Origin: a virus
DNA: 64,000 nt
Reading direction: 5' to 3' (one strand)
IMG/VR virus record: IMGVR_UViG_3300037419_001822
Coordinates: 1-64,000 of that record
Shown here piece after piece: positions 50,333 through 61,597 of the stretch (position 1 is the first letter of the stretch; each line of letters starts with the position of its first letter). The notes under the pieces are model-generated. The model saw nothing but the letters and a program-made list of their open reading frames with translations, was not told the DNA's origin and made no database searches. The position numbers were made by a program, and so were the translations under genes.

Positions 50333-50967
50333 CCTGCCCGGACGTTCTCAACGAGGACGGCGTCCGCGCCCGCTGCACCCGGCGGGTCGCCCACACCGAC
50401 CCCGAGATGCACGCCGTCGAGGCCGGGGGGCGGGTGCTGCTCTCGTGGACCGGCCCCGCCTACCCGCCGCCGGTGCTGCCCGTCCCGGGGGAGGTTGTCG
50501 CGTGAGCTTCCTCGACCGCGTCCAGGCCATCGTCGCCGAGATCGGCTACCGGGACGGCTACCGGTGGGACGTCGGCACCGAGCCCACCCACCCGTTCGGG
50601 CCGGTGTACATCGAGCTGCAGCACTGGCGGCCGGACGCCGTCACCGGCGAGATGGCCTGGGGATACGGCGGCAAGCGCTTCCTGCCGCCCACGGCGAACG
50701 ACTCGGAGATCGTCCGCGCCCTCTTCTCCGCCGCCCTCTCCTACGAGGAACACGAGGTCCGCGAGTTCTTCACCTACAAGGGAGCCCGGATCTACGGCCC
50801 GCACATCTCGGTGGAAGCGCTCGCCGAGGTGGCCGACCGGGTGGACTTCCGGTGATCGGCACCGTCCTCCTTCTGGCCCTGGCGATGGTCCTCGCCGTCT
50901 TCGCCGCCGCCGCCGTCGTCGTCCGCCTGGACGACTTCCTCCACCGAGACCGCAAGGAGAAGCAGCG

Positions 50968-51336
50968 GTGATCACCGCCACCGTCACCGGCCGGATCAAC
51001 GGCCAGGCCATCCTCGTCCGGTTCGACTACGACGTCGCCGACCCCTACGCCATCAAGGTCACCTTCGAGGGTGGCGTGGTGTGGCACATCGACCGCGAGC
51101 TGCTCAGCGGCGGGCTCCGGCACCGCGTCGGCGAGGGCGACGTCCGGATCTGGCCCACCTCGGCGCTCGACTTCTGCATGGTCCTGCGCAACCCGAGGGC
51201 GGGGGACTGCTACATCTCGATGCCCCGCGCGCCGATCGACAAGTTCTCCGCCCAGGTCCAGGCCACGGCCGCGTGGAGCACGCCGCAGGTGTCGATGGAC
51301 GCCGAGCTGGACCGCCTGCTCGGCCGGAGCGCCTGA
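50968..51336 (+). CDS. ssgA: SsgA-like protein (SALP; sporulation/cell division)
   Basis: YDVADPYAIKVTF..VVWHIDRELLSGGL..VGEGDVRIWP..MDAELDRLL is the SsgA family signature. Confidence 0.88.
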   Translation: MITATVTGRINGQAILVRFDYDVADPYAIKVTFEGGVVWHIDRELLSGGLRHRVGEGDVRIWPTSALDFCMVLRNPRAGDCYISMPRAPIDKFSAQVQATAAWSTPQVSMDAELDRLLGRSA

Positions 51337-52977
51337 TGCCCATCGAGTGTCAGCCGCTGGTCACCGAGAGCGGCACCGTCGTCGGCCACATCCAGGTCGC
51401 CGACCAGGTCTACCGCCGGTTCCTCGGCGACTGCGAGATGTGCGACTGCCGCCGCCGCATGGTGCGCCGCTTCGACGGCATCCACTACGGCTACACCGAG
51501 CGCTGCACCGCCTGCGGCTCCTGCTACCAGGACGGCTGGCGCCTGCACCTCTACCCGGACGACCTGGCCATCGCCCGGAAGTGGTGGAACGAGGCCATCC
51601 CCGCCCGGGACTTCGACCGGCGCGTCCGCGACATCGAGCGCCGATGGGTCGAGGCCTGGGCCGAGGACGACGGGGAGGCTGACGAGTGATCCACCTGCTG
51701 CGGCTGGTCGACGCGGTGTGGCACCACGCCCACCTCGACCTTCTCCTCGGGCTCTGCGACCGGCTGGCCCTGTGGGTGCACATCCACGTCTGCACCCCGG
51801 TCGCCAACTGGGAGATCGGCGAATGAGCCCCCGCCCCGGCCCCGCCTTCTCCAACGGCACCGAGTTCGACATCTGGTCGGCCACGTGGTGCGACACCTGC
51901 CTGGCCGACCGGCCGTTCCGCAACGGCATCTCCGAGTGGGGCTGCCGCCTGATCGAGGTCGCCACCTTCGAGGGGATCCCCGACGAGTGGCTCGACACCG
52001 GCCACCCCGGTGACTACCGCTGCACCGCCTACAAGCCGCTCGGCTGGCGCAAGCCCGCCCCGGAACCCAGGCCCGAGCCGATCCCCGAGGGCCAGCTCCC
52101 CCTGTTCGGAGAGGACACATGACGATCCCCGCGAAGATCCCCGACTGCACCACCCTGTACTGCCCGCGCCCCGGCACGGTGCCCGGCATCTTCCGCATGG
52201 AGATCGAGCGCGACGGCGAGATCCGCGACCACCACGTCACCTACTGCCGGGAGTGCGCCCGCTCCATGCACGCCGACGGGCTGTTCTTCCCCGACAACGA
52301 GGACGACATCGCCGACACCCCGGAGCTGTCCGAGGAGGAGCTGGCGATCGTGGAGCGGTTCGAGACCGCCCCGCCGGTGTGCCTGTCCTGCGACGAGGCC
52401 GAGGACACGATCGCCCGGGTGCTCGCCCTGGCCGACTCCCTGGAGGAGCCGGTGTTTCGCGCGGCGGTCTACCGGGGCGAGCGCGACCAGGGCCGCCAGG
52501 AGGGCGAGGACGCCGAGCGCCTGCGCATCGCCATCCGGCTCCGCAAAGCCGTCAAGGGGGCGGCGTGACCGCGCAGCACAGGCTCGACCTGGCCGAGCCC
52601 GGCACCTTCTCCGGGGCCCGCGTCGTCTGCCTCGGCGACGCCGACGACATCTGCCAGCAGTGGTGCGCAGAGGGCTGCGAGGAGGAGTGCTTCGAGGACG
52701 TCGTCTCGCCGCCCGATCCGGGGCTGATCGCGATGGCCCCGATCGCCGGGCACCGCTGGGGACCGTACGACGGCGGCTGCCGGGTTGCTGACTGGATCAA
52801 CAACTGCGGCGTCGAGGACACCTACGCCGACGACATGGACCCGGTCCTGTTCGCCTGGGACGACGACGGGGAGACCCAGCCCAACATCCGGGGCGGGCTC
52901 ATCGAGGAGGAGTGGACCGGCGACGACTACATCTGGTCCTACGCCGAGCCCCACCCGGACACGGCCGAGGTGGCCGC

Positions 52978-53238
52978 GTGATCGGGCCCGAGGTGCAGGA
53001 GGTCGTGGACTTCCTGCACGACCGCATCGCCGAGGACCAGGAAGCCGCCCGCGCCCTGGCCGCCCGCAACGGCATGCACGGCTACTCGTCACCGGCCTGC
53101 GAGATCAAGCGCCGCATGATCGCCGACGTGCTGGCCCTGCCCCGCCCCGAGACCGAGGAGTGGGTGCTGCACATGCTCGCCAACGATTACAGAGGCCATC
53201 CCGGATGGCGGACCGAGTGGAACGGATGGCTTCGATGA
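52978..53238 (+). CDS. Short DUF6221-like protein (paralogue of 34603..35082)
   Basis: VVDFLHDRIAEDQE..CEIKRRMI..LHMLANDYRGHPGW. Confidence 0.6.
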   Translation: MIGPEVQEVVDFLHDRIAEDQEAARALAARNGMHGYSSPACEIKRRMIADVLALPRPETEEWVLHMLANDYRGHPGWRTEWNGWLR

Positions 53239-54751
53239 CCCACGACCCCTGCTGCAGCTCCCACGGCATCGTCATGGACTGCGCCCGCTACCGGCGCACC
53301 CACTTCGTGGAGGTCCGGCCGTGCTGCACGGACGACACGCACACCACCTCCTACGCCGCCGAGATCGCCGACGCCGACTACGCGCTGCGCCAGACGGCCG
53401 CCTCCTACGGGATCGACCCGGACGTCGCCGTCCAGCGCGCCCAGACCATCGCCCGCGAGACCGTCCTCGGGCCGCTCATGGCCATGGACCGGGTCCGCTG
53501 GCAGATGTCGGAGGAGTGGCTCCGCCGTGGCTGACTACACGTACAGCGTCAAGCACATTGAGGTGCACCGCTGGTCGCTGCCCACCCCCGCCAACGGGGT
53601 CGAGCTGAACAAGGCTGTCACCGCCGCCGCCACCGAGTTCCGCACCCAGCACGGCCGGGGGATCTCGTACGACGACGACCTGCAGATCGACGTCGAGGAC
53701 GACGCCGTCATCGTCTGGTTCTCGTTGAAGGGGGACGGGGAGTGATCCACGCCTACGGCACCTACCGGTCCTTCCAGCGCAAGTCGGTCTCCGGCGAGAC
53801 CCGGCACGCCCTGGACGACATCGCCCACCTGTGCGGGGCGCTGGACGCGCTGTGCGGCACCGGCGTCGCCGTCCGCATCGGCGAGTGGGATCCGGACGAG
53901 CCCCAGAACTGCTCGAAGTGCACCCGGATGCTGGCCCGGGAGGTGGCCGCGTGACCACCGACGCGGAGCGGCTGGCGGCGGAGCAGAAGGTGATCTCTCG
54001 GATGCTCTACTCGATCGGAGCTGACCGGCCGGACACCTACGCCGAAGCCCTCCTGCCGGTGGTCGACGCCATCGCCGAGGGGCGCACACGGGCCGCTTTG
54101 CACAGCTTCTCGGTCGCCCAGGACGCAGCTTTCGCGGCCGAGTGGACCCTCGACCGGCTCCGCGCGCTGGTGCGGGAACACCCCGCCTCGGAGGTGCCCG
54201 TCATCGAGCTGGCCGAGCTGGCCCGCATCCTCGGCATGGAACCGCCGTCATGAGGAAGCCGCCCCGCAGCGCCGGGCACACCCTCGTGTACGCCGGGACC
54301 ACCCCGGCCAGGTTCGACCCCGACGGGCAGCCCACGACCGGCCGGGGGAGTGGCCGGTGCTCATGCGGCGCGTCCTCCCCGCCCGACCTGGCCGTGTTCT
54401 CCATCTTCCAGTGGCACCGCGACCACCGGCTCGACGTGCTGGCAGGAGACGCCTGATGGGCATGGCGTACCCCCAACCCGGGCCCGGCACCGCCCTGGGG
54501 CAGTGGGCAACGTTCTCCCGTCGCCCCCCGCCCCGGGTGGTCAAGATGCCCGCCAAGGCCCGCGTCTACTACGTCGAGCCCGAGGAGGCCTGGGATCTGG
54601 AGGTCTGGCACTGGTGCGTCCGGCACCACGAGGACGTCGCCGGGTCCGGCCGCAACGCCGTCGTCACCCGCTGGGGGCGCTGCACCCGCTGGGTCGACGC
54701 CCTGGCCGCCGGTCTGGCCGCCCTGGCCAACGAAGCCCGAGAGGAGGCCGC

Positions 54752-55219
54752 GTGACCCAGGTCGTGCTCACGCCCAGCGAGCTGCACATCGCCGCCCACG
54801 TCGGCGTCCTCCGGCAGATCGCCTCCCTCCGCGACCGCCGACGCGACCGGCACGGCTACAACGGCGACGGCTGGTCCGAGCACATCCAGGGCGCGGCGGG
54901 GGAGCAGGCCGTCGCCAAGGCCCTCGGCGTGTTCTGGGACGGCTCCGTGGACACGTTCCGCACCGTCGCCGACGTCGCCGGGGTCGAGGTCCGCACCCGC
55001 TCCCGGCACGACTACGAGCTGCTGCACCGCCCCGACGACGACCCCACCAAGGCCTACGTCCTCGTCACCGGCCGGGCTCCCTACCTGTGGGTGCGGGGCT
55101 GGATGCGGGGCGAGAACTGCCGCCGCGACGAGTGGTGGGCCGAGCACGGCGGCCGACCGGGCGCGTGGTTCGTGCCCACCGACGAGCTGCACCCGATCGC
55201 AGAACTGGAGGACCGATGA
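54752..55219 (+). CDS. Putative PD-(D/E)xK-fold phage protein
   Basis: GAAGEQAVAKALG..DVAGVEVRTR pattern; GAGGAGG RBS. Confidence 0.55.
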   Translation: MTQVVLTPSELHIAAHVGVLRQIASLRDRRRDRHGYNGDGWSEHIQGAAGEQAVAKALGVFWDGSVDTFRTVADVAGVEVRTRSRHDYELLHRPDDDPTKAYVLVTGRAPYLWVRGWMRGENCRRDEWWAEHGGRPGAWFVPTDELHPIAELEDR

Positions 55220-55451
55220 GCGACTCCCTAGACGACCTGTTCACCCCCGAGGAGCGGGCCGAGATCGAGGCGTGGGACGCCGACGCCTACATCATCTCGA
55301 TCGAGGTGCCCACGTCGAAGATCACCGACGAGCAGCTCGATGACCTGTTCGACCAGATCACCGACGTCGTCCGCAACTGGGAGGCACAGATCGAGCCCCG
55401 CGACTGGGACTCGTTCGTCTACGGCGACGGCCCCGCCCACCGGAGGGCACC

Positions 55452-55892
55452 ATGAGCACCAGCTTACGGATCTTGATCACCGGGTCAAGGGACTGGAACG
55501 ACCGGCGGCTGATCCGCAACGTCCTCGACTCGATCGGCTACCGCTACGGGTTCGACGGCCTGGTCATCGTCCACGGCGCCTGCCCGACCGGCGCCGACGC
55601 GCTCGCCGACGAGTGGGCAGGCGACAACGCCGACCTCGGGGTCACCGTCGACCGGCACCCGGCCCAGTGGCAGCAGCACGGCAAGAAGGCCGGGCCGCTG
55701 CGCAACGCCGAGATGGTCGCCCTCGGCGCTGACGTGTGCCTGGCGTTCCTCAACCCGTGCACCAAGCACCCCGGGCAGCCCCTGCACGGCTCCCACGGCA
55801 CCGACGGCTGCCTGCGGCTCGCCCGAGACGCCGGGATCCCCGTGCGCCGGTTCGGGGTCACCTGGGAGCCGGTCGGGGAGCGGGCGTCGTGA
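55452..55892 (+). CDS. SLOG family (YspA/DUF2493-like) protein
   Basis: RILITGSRDW, IVHGACPTGADALA, AGPLRNAEMV and SHGT motifs. Confidence 0.85.
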   Translation: MSTSLRILITGSRDWNDRRLIRNVLDSIGYRYGFDGLVIVHGACPTGADALADEWAGDNADLGVTVDRHPAQWQQHGKKAGPLRNAEMVALGADVCLAFLNPCTKHPGQPLHGSHGTDGCLRLARDAGIPVRRFGVTWEPVGERAS

Positions 55893-56458
55893 GGGTCTGG
55901 ATCGTCTTCGGGGCGGTCGACTGGGGGGTCGAGAACGTCGTCGGCGTCTTCTCGACCGAGGAGAAGGCCAACGAGGTCTACGAGCGGCTCGACGCGACTC
56001 TCACGGAGTACCAGCGGGGGCGGCCGGAGTACGGCTTCGACGTTAGGTCGTACGAGCTGGACGTCGAGGAGGACGGCTGGTGAGAACCGTCAGCATGGAG
56101 GTGTAGACAGCGGCGTAGTCTGTCTCACGAATCTTTAGACGGCCGGGGGGCGGTGTGCCGCCGCCCTGGTCCCGGCCTGGCCCGAGAGAGGGGCTTGTAT
56201 CCATGGTGCCATACGCGACTGCCCGCAGGCGGTCGTCATGACCTTCCCGCACGACTCCGGCATCCCCGGCCTGGAGTGCATCGGCTGCGACACCCGGCTC
56301 AACAGCGCGATCGACGCTGCGGCCGGATTCGGCCTGGCGTGGAACCGCTTCGCCGCAAGCCTGCGCGCCGCCCGCAAGCACGGCTTCTCGATCGAGACGC
56401 TCGCCGAGGAGACCGGCTGGGACGAGCCCCTGATCCGCATCCTCGCCGGGGAGGCGTG

Positions 56459-57358
56459 ATGGCCCGCCAGACCCCCGGCAACTACGTGCCGCTGGACGTC
56501 AACTACGCCCGAGACGTCGCGATCCGGAAGGCCGGACCGAACGCCGAGCTGCTCTACATCCGCTCGCTCGCCTACGCAAAAGGTTCCAGAACTGGCGGTT
56601 TCGTATCTGATTACGACCTCGACGTGGTTGGAATCGGACTCCGTGGAATCAAGTTGAGTGCGAAACGACTCGTGGAAGTCGGCCTCTGGGAGCGCGTCGA
56701 GGACGGCTGGATGATCCGCTCGTGGGAGCGGTGGAACGCCAGCGAGAAGATCGTTTCCGCAGGTGGGAAGCTCGGTAACCACAAGAGGTGGCACGCCGAC
56801 CGGGGCCAGTTCGACCCCGAGTGTGAGCACTGCGCGGAACACCCCCCGATCGCACCCCGATCGCACCCCGATTCGCCCCCGACATCGCCCCCCGAATCGC
56901 AAGGGAAGGGAAGGGAAGTAAAGACCCCCCCGTGCCCCCCCAACGACACCTCCGCTCACCCGCAGACCGTGGTCGACCCCTCCTCGGCACAGGCCGTGGT
57001 CTCGGACTGGATCGACACCCTCAAGCGCCGCCCGCCCGGCTCGGTGATCGGCCAGGTCGCCAAGATCGTCAAGACCCTCCTCGGTGAGGGCTTCTCGCCC
57101 ACCGAGATCGGCCAGGCCCTCGCCGTCATGAGCACCAAGGGACTCAACCCGTCGACCCTGCCAGCCCTGGTCAACGAGGTCGTCAACAAGTCCAACGTCC
57201 GCGCGATTCGCTCCGGCGTGGCCACCTCGGCCGACGGCAGCCGGGTCAAGTGGGTCAAGCCGACCGAGAAGAGCCGCTGGCGCGAGGCCTACTCCGACGA
57301 GGTCTGCGTCGGCATGTACAAGATCAAGTACATGAACGCCGGTGAGCAACCGGCATGA
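56459..57358 (+). CDS. Phage replication initiator protein
   Basis: Directly upstream of the DnaB-like helicase. N-terminal ..LVEVGLWERVEDGW.I..W..WN, GNHKRWH, and internal DNA iterons. Confidence 0.7.
   Translation: MARQTPGNYVPLDVNYARDVAIRKAGPNAELLYIRSLAYAKGSRTGGFVSDYDLDVVGIGLRGIKLSAKRLVEVGLWERVEDGWMIRSWERWNASEKIVSAGGKLGNHKRWHADRGQFDPECEHCAEHPPIAPRSHPDSPPTSPPESQGKGREVKTPPCPPNDTSAHPQTVVDPSSAQAVVSDWIDTLKRRPPGSVIGQVAKIVKTLLGEGFSPTEIGQALAVMSTKGLNPSTLPALVNEVVNKSNVRAIRSGVATSADGSRVKWVKPTEKSRWREAYSDEVCVGMYKIKYMNAGEQPA
56844..56923 (+). repeat. Iteron-like repeats plus purine tract (probable replication origin within the initiator gene)
   Basis: CCCCGATCGC x2, CCCCGATTCGC, CCCCGACATCGC, CCCCGAATCGC, then AAGGGAAGGGAAGGGAAGTAAAG. 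Confidence 0.65.
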
Positions 57359-58605
57359 GCGTCGACTGGACCGAGATCCGCAACGTCGCCGCCGAGCGGC
57401 AGGTGCTCGGCTCGCTGATGGCCCAGCCAGCCCTCGCCGAGAAGGTCTTCACCATCGTCACCCCCGACGAGTTCGGGGTGGCCGCGCACGCCCAGATCGC
57501 CCTGCTGCTACACCGCATGCACCTGGCCGGGGAGTCGCTGAACGCGACCAACGTGATGACCACCGCGCGCAACGAGGGCATCCTCGGCAAGATCGGCGGC
57601 GGGCCCTACCTGTTCGAGCTGATCCAGCAGGTCGAGGTCGCCATGACCGCGCCCAAGCTGGCCGAGGAGATCCACCGCTGCGCCACCCGGCGGGCCATGT
57701 GCGAGCTGGCCACCCGCCTGGAGCAGCGCGCGGCCAACCCCGAGGCCGAGCCGATCGCCATCCTCAGCGAGACCCGGGCAGCCCTCGCCGACCTGCACGA
57801 AGCCGAGCTGACCACCAGCACGGTCGAGGTCGCCAGCCTCACCGACTTCCTCAGCCAGCAGGACGACGAGGTCGACTGGGTCATCCCCGACCTGCTGGCC
57901 CGCGAGGACCGGTTCATCCTGACCGGCGTCGAGGGTGCCGGGAAGATGATGATGCTGCGGCAGATCGCCATCTGCGCCGCCGCCGGGATCCACCCGTTCA
58001 CCCACCAGCGCATGCCCCGGCAGACGGTGCTGCTGGTCGACCTGGAGAACCCGGCGGCCGAGATGCGCCGCACCATGCGCAAGATGGTGACCTCCGCGCA
58101 GTCCGAGTCCCGGCTGGTCGACGTCACCGAGCGGGTGTTCGTGGAGCGGCGGCCCGAGGGCATCAACCTGGCCGACCCGGGCAACATCGCCTGGCTGATG
58201 AAGCGGATCACCGTCACCCGGCCGGACATCCTGATCATCGGCCCGCTGTACAAGGCGATGAACGACAACCCGAACGACGAGCAGGTCGCCCGCGCCGTGT
58301 CCGTCGCCCTCGACCTGGTCCGCACCCAGGGCAACTGTGCGCTGATGATCGAGGCCCACTCCGGGCACAGCAACGGCGTCAACGAGCGGCCCATCCGGCC
58401 CATCGGGTCGTCGCTGTGGCTGCGCTGGCCCGAGTTCGGCTACGGGCTGCGCTACGCCAAGACCGAGGACGCCGAGGAGCGGCGGCGCATGGAGCTGCTC
58501 ACCTGGCGCGGCTCCCGGGGTGAACGCGAATGGCCCAAGCACCTGATCATGGATCCGCGCTACGCGTTCCAGGAGGCCGTCGAGGGCGACCAGGAAGTCG
58601 CCTGA
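57355..58605 (+). CDS. DnaB-like replicative helicase (DnaB N-terminal domain plus RecA/AAA_25 ATPase)
   Basis: AERQVLGSLM..TPDEF..AH..I N-terminal domain, Walker A GVEGAGK(M), LLVDLEN, ILIIGPLYK, RPIGSSLWLRWPEFG. Confidence 0.85.
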   Translation: MSVDWTEIRNVAAERQVLGSLMAQPALAEKVFTIVTPDEFGVAAHAQIALLLHRMHLAGESLNATNVMTTARNEGILGKIGGGPYLFELIQQVEVAMTAPKLAEEIHRCATRRAMCELATRLEQRAANPEAEPIAILSETRAALADLHEAELTTSTVEVASLTDFLSQQDDEVDWVIPDLLAREDRFILTGVEGAGKMMMLRQIAICAAAGIHPFTHQRMPRQTVLLVDLENPAAEMRRTMRKMVTSAQSESRLVDVTERVFVERRPEGINLADPGNIAWLMKRITVTRPDILIIGPLYKAMNDNPNDEQVARAVSVALDLVRTQGNCALMIEAHSGHSNGVNERPIRPIGSSLWLRWPEFGYGLRYAKTEDAEERRRMELLTWRGSRGEREWPKHLIMDPRYAFQEAVEGDQEVA

Positions 58606-60495
58606 CCCCCTGGACATTCGCAGGGCGCGGGTGTCTAATGGCTCAAGACACGCGGTGAACCACAACTCATCATTCGGGGAGTCCCGCATGCTCACGCACC
58701 CCCTGACCGGCGAAACGGTCGAGCTGTTCGACCCGGACCTGCACACCGACGCGTGCTGGAAGGCCGTGCGCTGCGGCCGGTGCGGACGCGAGTACGTGTG
58801 CGCCCCCTGGGACGACTTCATGACCCCCGCCGCTGAGCTGCAGTGGCAGGGCGACGGCGTCTGCGAACCCTGCCTGCTCCGCCTGGCCCGCGACATGAAC
58901 CTGGTGAAGTGATGACCACCGCCGAATCGTTCGACCCCGGCCGCCGCGAGGAGCCCGCCTACCTGCGGGTCGTGCAGGACGGCGAACGCGCCCCCGCCAT
59001 CGACATCGACGCCGACGGTCGCGCGTCGTTCGCCCGCGTCCTGCCCGACGCCCGGGGCTACGACGAGCTGCCCGCCAACGACTACCCGATCGAGCTGACC
59101 CACGCCGACCTGTGGGCGCGCATCGCCCGGCTCGAAGAGGACCGCGAGACCCTGGCGGGCCGCTGCGACGAACTCGGCGACCGGGTCGAACGGCTCGAAG
59201 AGGTCGCGCTGCGGATGCGCCGGATCCTCGCCCCCGCCGAGTACGACCGCGACAACTGGCACCTGCGGGCCGTCGTCGCCCAACTCCGCGACCTGCTGCG
59301 GTGAGACGCGTGTTCTTCGAGATCGACGGGCAGCCCGTGCCCGGCTGGATGATCTGGGCGTTCCTGCACCTGCCGACCTGGATGTTCCGGCCGATGTGGC
59401 ACCTCGTCGGCGTCGCCGAGTACGTCACCGGCCAGAACGACGCGGAGGACCCCGATGTCCGGGCGGCATGAGGACATGGCCCGGCTGGTCTGGGACGCGG
59501 CCTACCCGCACATCCCGTGGAACTCCCGGCACCGGGGCTGGACGATGGCCGACGTCCACTCCGCCGCCGCCACTGTGCTGCACATCCTCGACCGAGGCGA
59601 CGGCAAGATCGACCGGCTGGAGCTGATCCTGCAGGACGTGCTGTACCGGGCCGGGGTGAACAACCCGCTGTCCGGTGCCGCCCGGCTCGTGGACGGCCCG
59701 CTGCGGGACCGGGTCGCATGAGCCGCCACCTGCCCACCGACCCCGAGGTGCTCATCCTCGCCGGGCTGGCCGTCCTCTGGCTGGCTACTGCCGTTCTGGC
59801 GTGGCTGTCGATCCGCAAGCTGCGCCGGGAACTGGCCGTCGTCGCCGCCAAGGCCGCCGGATCCGTGGACGACCTCGGCGACGTGTTCGAGCACATCGAC
59901 AGCCTCGGCGGGATGCTGCAGGCCCACGACGACGCCCTGTACCGGCAGAAGCCCATCACCGCGCCCGTGCCGGTCACCGTCGCCGCCACCAACCCCGGCC
60001 TCGACTGGATCGACCAGGCCACCACCGGCGAGCAGCCCGCCCTCGGGCCGCAGACCAACCTCATCCCCCGGGCCACGCCGCCCGCGCCCAAGACCGAGCT
60101 GATCCCCCTCGCCGCTCCCGACCCGAAGCCCACGACCGGCCCCATCGACGCCTACGCCCTCATCGCCCGTCTCCGGGCCGAGCAGAAGCAGCGCGAGGAG
60201 AGCAAGTGATCGACACCGGCCGCGTCTGCGCCCTGTGCGGGGAGCCGCCCGGCCACCTGTACGGCACCTTCTTCGGGGCCAGCGTCGGCAACCTAGACCT
60301 GCACCACGACTGGGATCGGATCACCGTCGGCGAGCGCGACAACGGCACCCCGATCAAGGTCACCTGCTACGAGGCTTTCACCACCTACGGGGTGCGCCGG
60401 TCGATCACGATCAAACTCGACCCCGAGGACGTGCCCGGCGTCGCCAACCTGCTGCGCTCCCTGCGCGACGACGCCGACGAGCTGGACTGCGGCGC

Positions 60496-61386
60496 ATGAG
60501 CTTCGGCGACAACCACGAGCCCGAGGTCACCGAACCCTGCGCCCTGATCAAGCACTACCACCCGGCCACCGACGGGCGCGGCAAGCCCACCGGCCACCGG
60601 CTGTGCGCCCGCCACCTCAAGCAGATCCACACCGACCTGCGCACCATCCAGAACGAGGCCCGCAACCTCGACCCCCGCCCGTCCATGGCGCTCAACCTCG
60701 ACGGACGGGGCGGCGGCAAGTCCACCCCGGCCTTTCAGCAGACCCCCGCCCGGCTCGACCCGATCGTGCTGCGCGACCACCGCACCGGCCAGGGCTGGTC
60801 CGAGGACCCCGACGACGTCCTCGCCGCCGGGAACACCACCTCCGTCGTCGCCAAGCTCAACCACTACGCCAACCTGGTGCGCGCCGGGCGCGACATCGAG
60901 ATCCCGCTCGTCTGGGTGGTCGACCTCATCCCCGGCCGCCCCGCACCCGACTTCCTGATCTGCCCCACCCCGTGCACCCACAAGCAGTGCCGGGCCTACG
61001 CCTGGTGGCGCTCGGCCCCCGTGCCGCCCGACATCGCCGGGGAAGCGCAGCTCCTCGCCCGGCACGCCGAGTGGATCGCCACCCGGGACTGGGTCGCCGA
61101 CTTCCACCACGACGTCCGCGCCCTGCGCGCCCAGCTCCAGCAGGCCAACGGCACCAGCCAGCCCAAGCCCATCCCCGGCAAGTGCCCGCACCAGCCCAGC
61201 CCCGGCCAGGAGTGCGGCGGCCCGCTGTGGCCCGCCAAGCCCAAGCACACCTCCGGCGAGGACGTGTGGACCGGGGCCGCGCCGTCGGCGATCCGCTGTG
61301 GCGCCTGCGAGACCCGCTGGGACGGCCCCGGGGCCATCGCCCGGCTCGCCCTCATCCTCGAAGCGCAACGAAAGGCCAGGTCATGA
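60496..61386 (+). CDS. Cys-rich actinophage protein with C-terminal zinc ribbon
   Basis: LCARH, CPTPCTHKQC and GKCP..ECGGPL..IRCGACETRW motifs. Confidence 0.65.
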   Translation: MSFGDNHEPEVTEPCALIKHYHPATDGRGKPTGHRLCARHLKQIHTDLRTIQNEARNLDPRPSMALNLDGRGGGKSTPAFQQTPARLDPIVLRDHRTGQGWSEDPDDVLAAGNTTSVVAKLNHYANLVRAGRDIEIPLVWVVDLIPGRPAPDFLICPTPCTHKQCRAYAWWRSAPVPPDIAGEAQLLARHAEWIATRDWVADFHHDVRALRAQLQQANGTSQPKPIPGKCPHQPSPGQECGGPLWPAKPKHTSGEDVWTGAAPSAIRCGACETRWDGPGAIARLALILEAQRKARS

Positions 61387-61597
61387 GCCTCACAGTCGCC
61401 AGCATGGGGCTGACGTCCTATCACCACCCGGAGGCCGACGACTGGGAGGTGGACGACAAGGGCTACCTGACGATCTACAAGACCGGCGAGGTCGAGGTGC
61501 CGATGGGCGGGCTCAAGGTCAAGCAGTCCACGTCCGAGCCGCTCGCCCTCTACGCGCCCGCCGCCTGGGCCTACGTCGTCGTGGAGGAGGAGGGCGA

